Origin: Ureibacillus sp.
GTDB lineage: Bacteria > Bacillota > Bacilli > Bacillales_A > Planococcaceae
Length of the DNA: 64,000 nt
Assembly (NCBI GenBank): GCA_035556295.1
Contig: DATMFE010000363.1
Span: 25,131 to 89,130, forward strand
Direction: 5' to 3'
Both the position numbers and the translations under genes were made by a program. How positions within the stretch are numbered: position 1 is the stretch's first letter; every line of letters begins with the position of its first letter. Below the pieces are notes generated by a model. It ran no database searches, was not told the origin of the DNA, and saw nothing but the letters and a program-made list of their open reading frames with translations. Shown piece by piece: positions 62,579-64,000 of this stretch.

Positions 62579-64000
62579 GAACTTCCCCTCCCTTTTCTAC
62601 TAATTGTTCTAGTTGTTGTAAATTATACATTTCACAATAACGACCTTTAAGTTCCATTAACTCTTCGTGAGTTCCTTTTTCAACAATACTACCTTCATGC
62701 ATAACAATTATGACATGCGCGTGTTGGATTGCACTTAAGCGATGTGAAGTGATAATTGTTGTTTTATCTTGACGCTCTTCTTTTAACGCTTCAAGAATCG
62801 CTTCTTCCGTTTTCGCATCAACTGCTGATAGTGAATCATCTAATATTAGTAGCTCAGGATTAGACATAAGCGCACGGGCTATCGAAATCCTTTGCTTTTG
62901 ACCACCAGACAGTGACACACCTCTTTCACCAACAATTGTTTTATAACCATCCGTGAAACGTAAAATATCTTCGTGGATATATGCGAGTCTTGCAGCATAT
63001 TCAACCTGTTCTTTAGGAGCAGATGGATTAGTAAAGGCAATATTGTTATAGACTGAAGTCGAAAATAAGAAATGGTCTTGTGGAACGTAACCGATTGCTT
63101 CAAGTAAACGCATTTTACGATACTCGTCAATTCGTTTTCCACCGAAAATAATTTCTCCCTCATATCCTTCAAATTCACGTAACAATAGTTTAAGAATGGC
63201 CGTTTTACCTGAGCCCGTTTTACCAACAATCCCTAAAGTTTCACCCCGTTTTAATTCAAAACTTACATCTTTCAAACTAGGTTGTTCATCACCAGGGAAT
63301 GCAAATTTATTGACTTGAAAAACTAAATTGCCGTTTGGTCTCTCATCTATTGCATTCGGTTTATCATCGATTTCTACTGGTATCGATAGTAAACTTTCAA
63401 TACGGTCATAGGAAGCTGAACCTCTTTCCATAATATTAAACAACATACCAAATGCTAGCATTGGCCATACAAGTAAACCTAGATATGTATTAAAAGCAAC
63501 TAGGTCACCTATTGTCATGGATCCTTCAACTATAAACTTTGCTCCGAAACCTAAGCTTAAAATGAAACTAATTCCAATAATTAAACTAATTGTTGGATCA
63601 AACAATGAATCAATTCGTGCTACTTTCATATTTTTTGAAACAACTTCACTAGAAAGTTTTTTGAAATCAGAGATATCCTCATTTTGTTGTCCAAATGTTT
63701 TAATTACTTTTATTCCTGTAATACTTTCTTGCGTTTTATCATTTAAATCTGAGAATGCCGATTGTGCTAGATGGAAACGTTCATGTAATAGCTTTCCATA
63801 ATAAGTGGACGATACTGCTACTAATGGCATAGGAATTAATGCAATTAATGTTAACCGCCAATCAATCGTAATAGCCATTGCTAAAATTACAAAAGTACCC
63901 GTAGTAAGAGAATCAAAGAGCGTTAATACTCCTCCACCTGCAGTTTGTTGTACTGCTGACACATCATTTGTCGCATGAGCCATTAAATCCCCTATTCGTC
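62571..64000 (-). CDS. Heterodimeric multidrug ABC exporter subunit (YheI/BmrC-like), 5' part outside the window
   Basis: GKTGSGKT, LSGGQKQR, ILDDSLSAVD; frame open to the window edge (RIGDLMAHATND is internal). Confidence 0.9.
   Translation of the reverse strand, partial: RIGDLMAHATNDVSAVQQTAGGGVLTLFDSLTTGTFVILAMAITIDWRLTLIALIPMPLVAVSSTYYGKLLHERFHLAQSAFSDLNDKTQESITGIKVIKTFGQQNEDISDFKKLSSEVVSKNMKVARIDSLFDPTISLIIGISFILSLGFGAKFIVEGSMTIGDLVAFNTYLGLLVWPMLAFGMLFNIMERGSASYDRIESLLSIPVEIDDKPNAIDERPNGNLVFQVNKFAFPGDEQPSLKDVSFELKRGETLGIVGKTGSGKTAILKLLLREFEGYEGEIIFGGKRIDEYRKMRLLEAIGYVPQDHFLFSTSVYNNIAFTNPSAPKEQVEYAARLAYIHEDILRFTDGYKTIVGERGVSLSGGQKQRISIARALMSNPELLILDDSLSAVDAKTEEAILEALKEERQDKTTIITSHRLSAIQHAHVIIVMHEGSIVEKGTHEELMELKGRYCEMYNLQQLEQLVEKGGEVHE

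Overview
Low-GC Bacillales chromosome segment. The protein content (SLH protein, ccdA-yneIJK, citB, yneP, yfkA) suggests Lysinibacillus/Ureibacillus or a close relative. Most genes lie on the minus strand, and the citB-yneP-ccdA neighbourhood is terminus-proximal in B. subtilis. Housekeeping content: metA with a SAM-I riboswitch, aconitase with a CcpC operator, the ilvD-[T-box]-ilvBNC-leuABCD operon, mscL, ccdA/sco, rarD and a BmrCD-type ABC pair. The main accessory and unexplained items are: (i) a two-gene operon of a 1256-aa Upf1/DNA2-like SF1 helicase with a ~500-aa coiled-coil insertion plus a winged-helix partner, a Mokosh-like layout with no kinase or PLD nuclease and the best candidate for an undescribed system; (ii) a complete monoderm Tad/Flp pilus locus whose pilin is missing from the ORF track; (iii) tandem XerD-arm (dif half-site)-like motifs; (iv) an ilv-leu regulatory layout in which ilvD sits between a CcpA/CodY-type promoter and an Ile-type T-box; (v) several unannotated small ORFs and a decayed receiver-domain pseudogene. 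No rRNA, tRNA, CRISPR array or IS element was seen. All family assignments come from motif recognition by eye; no searches were run.
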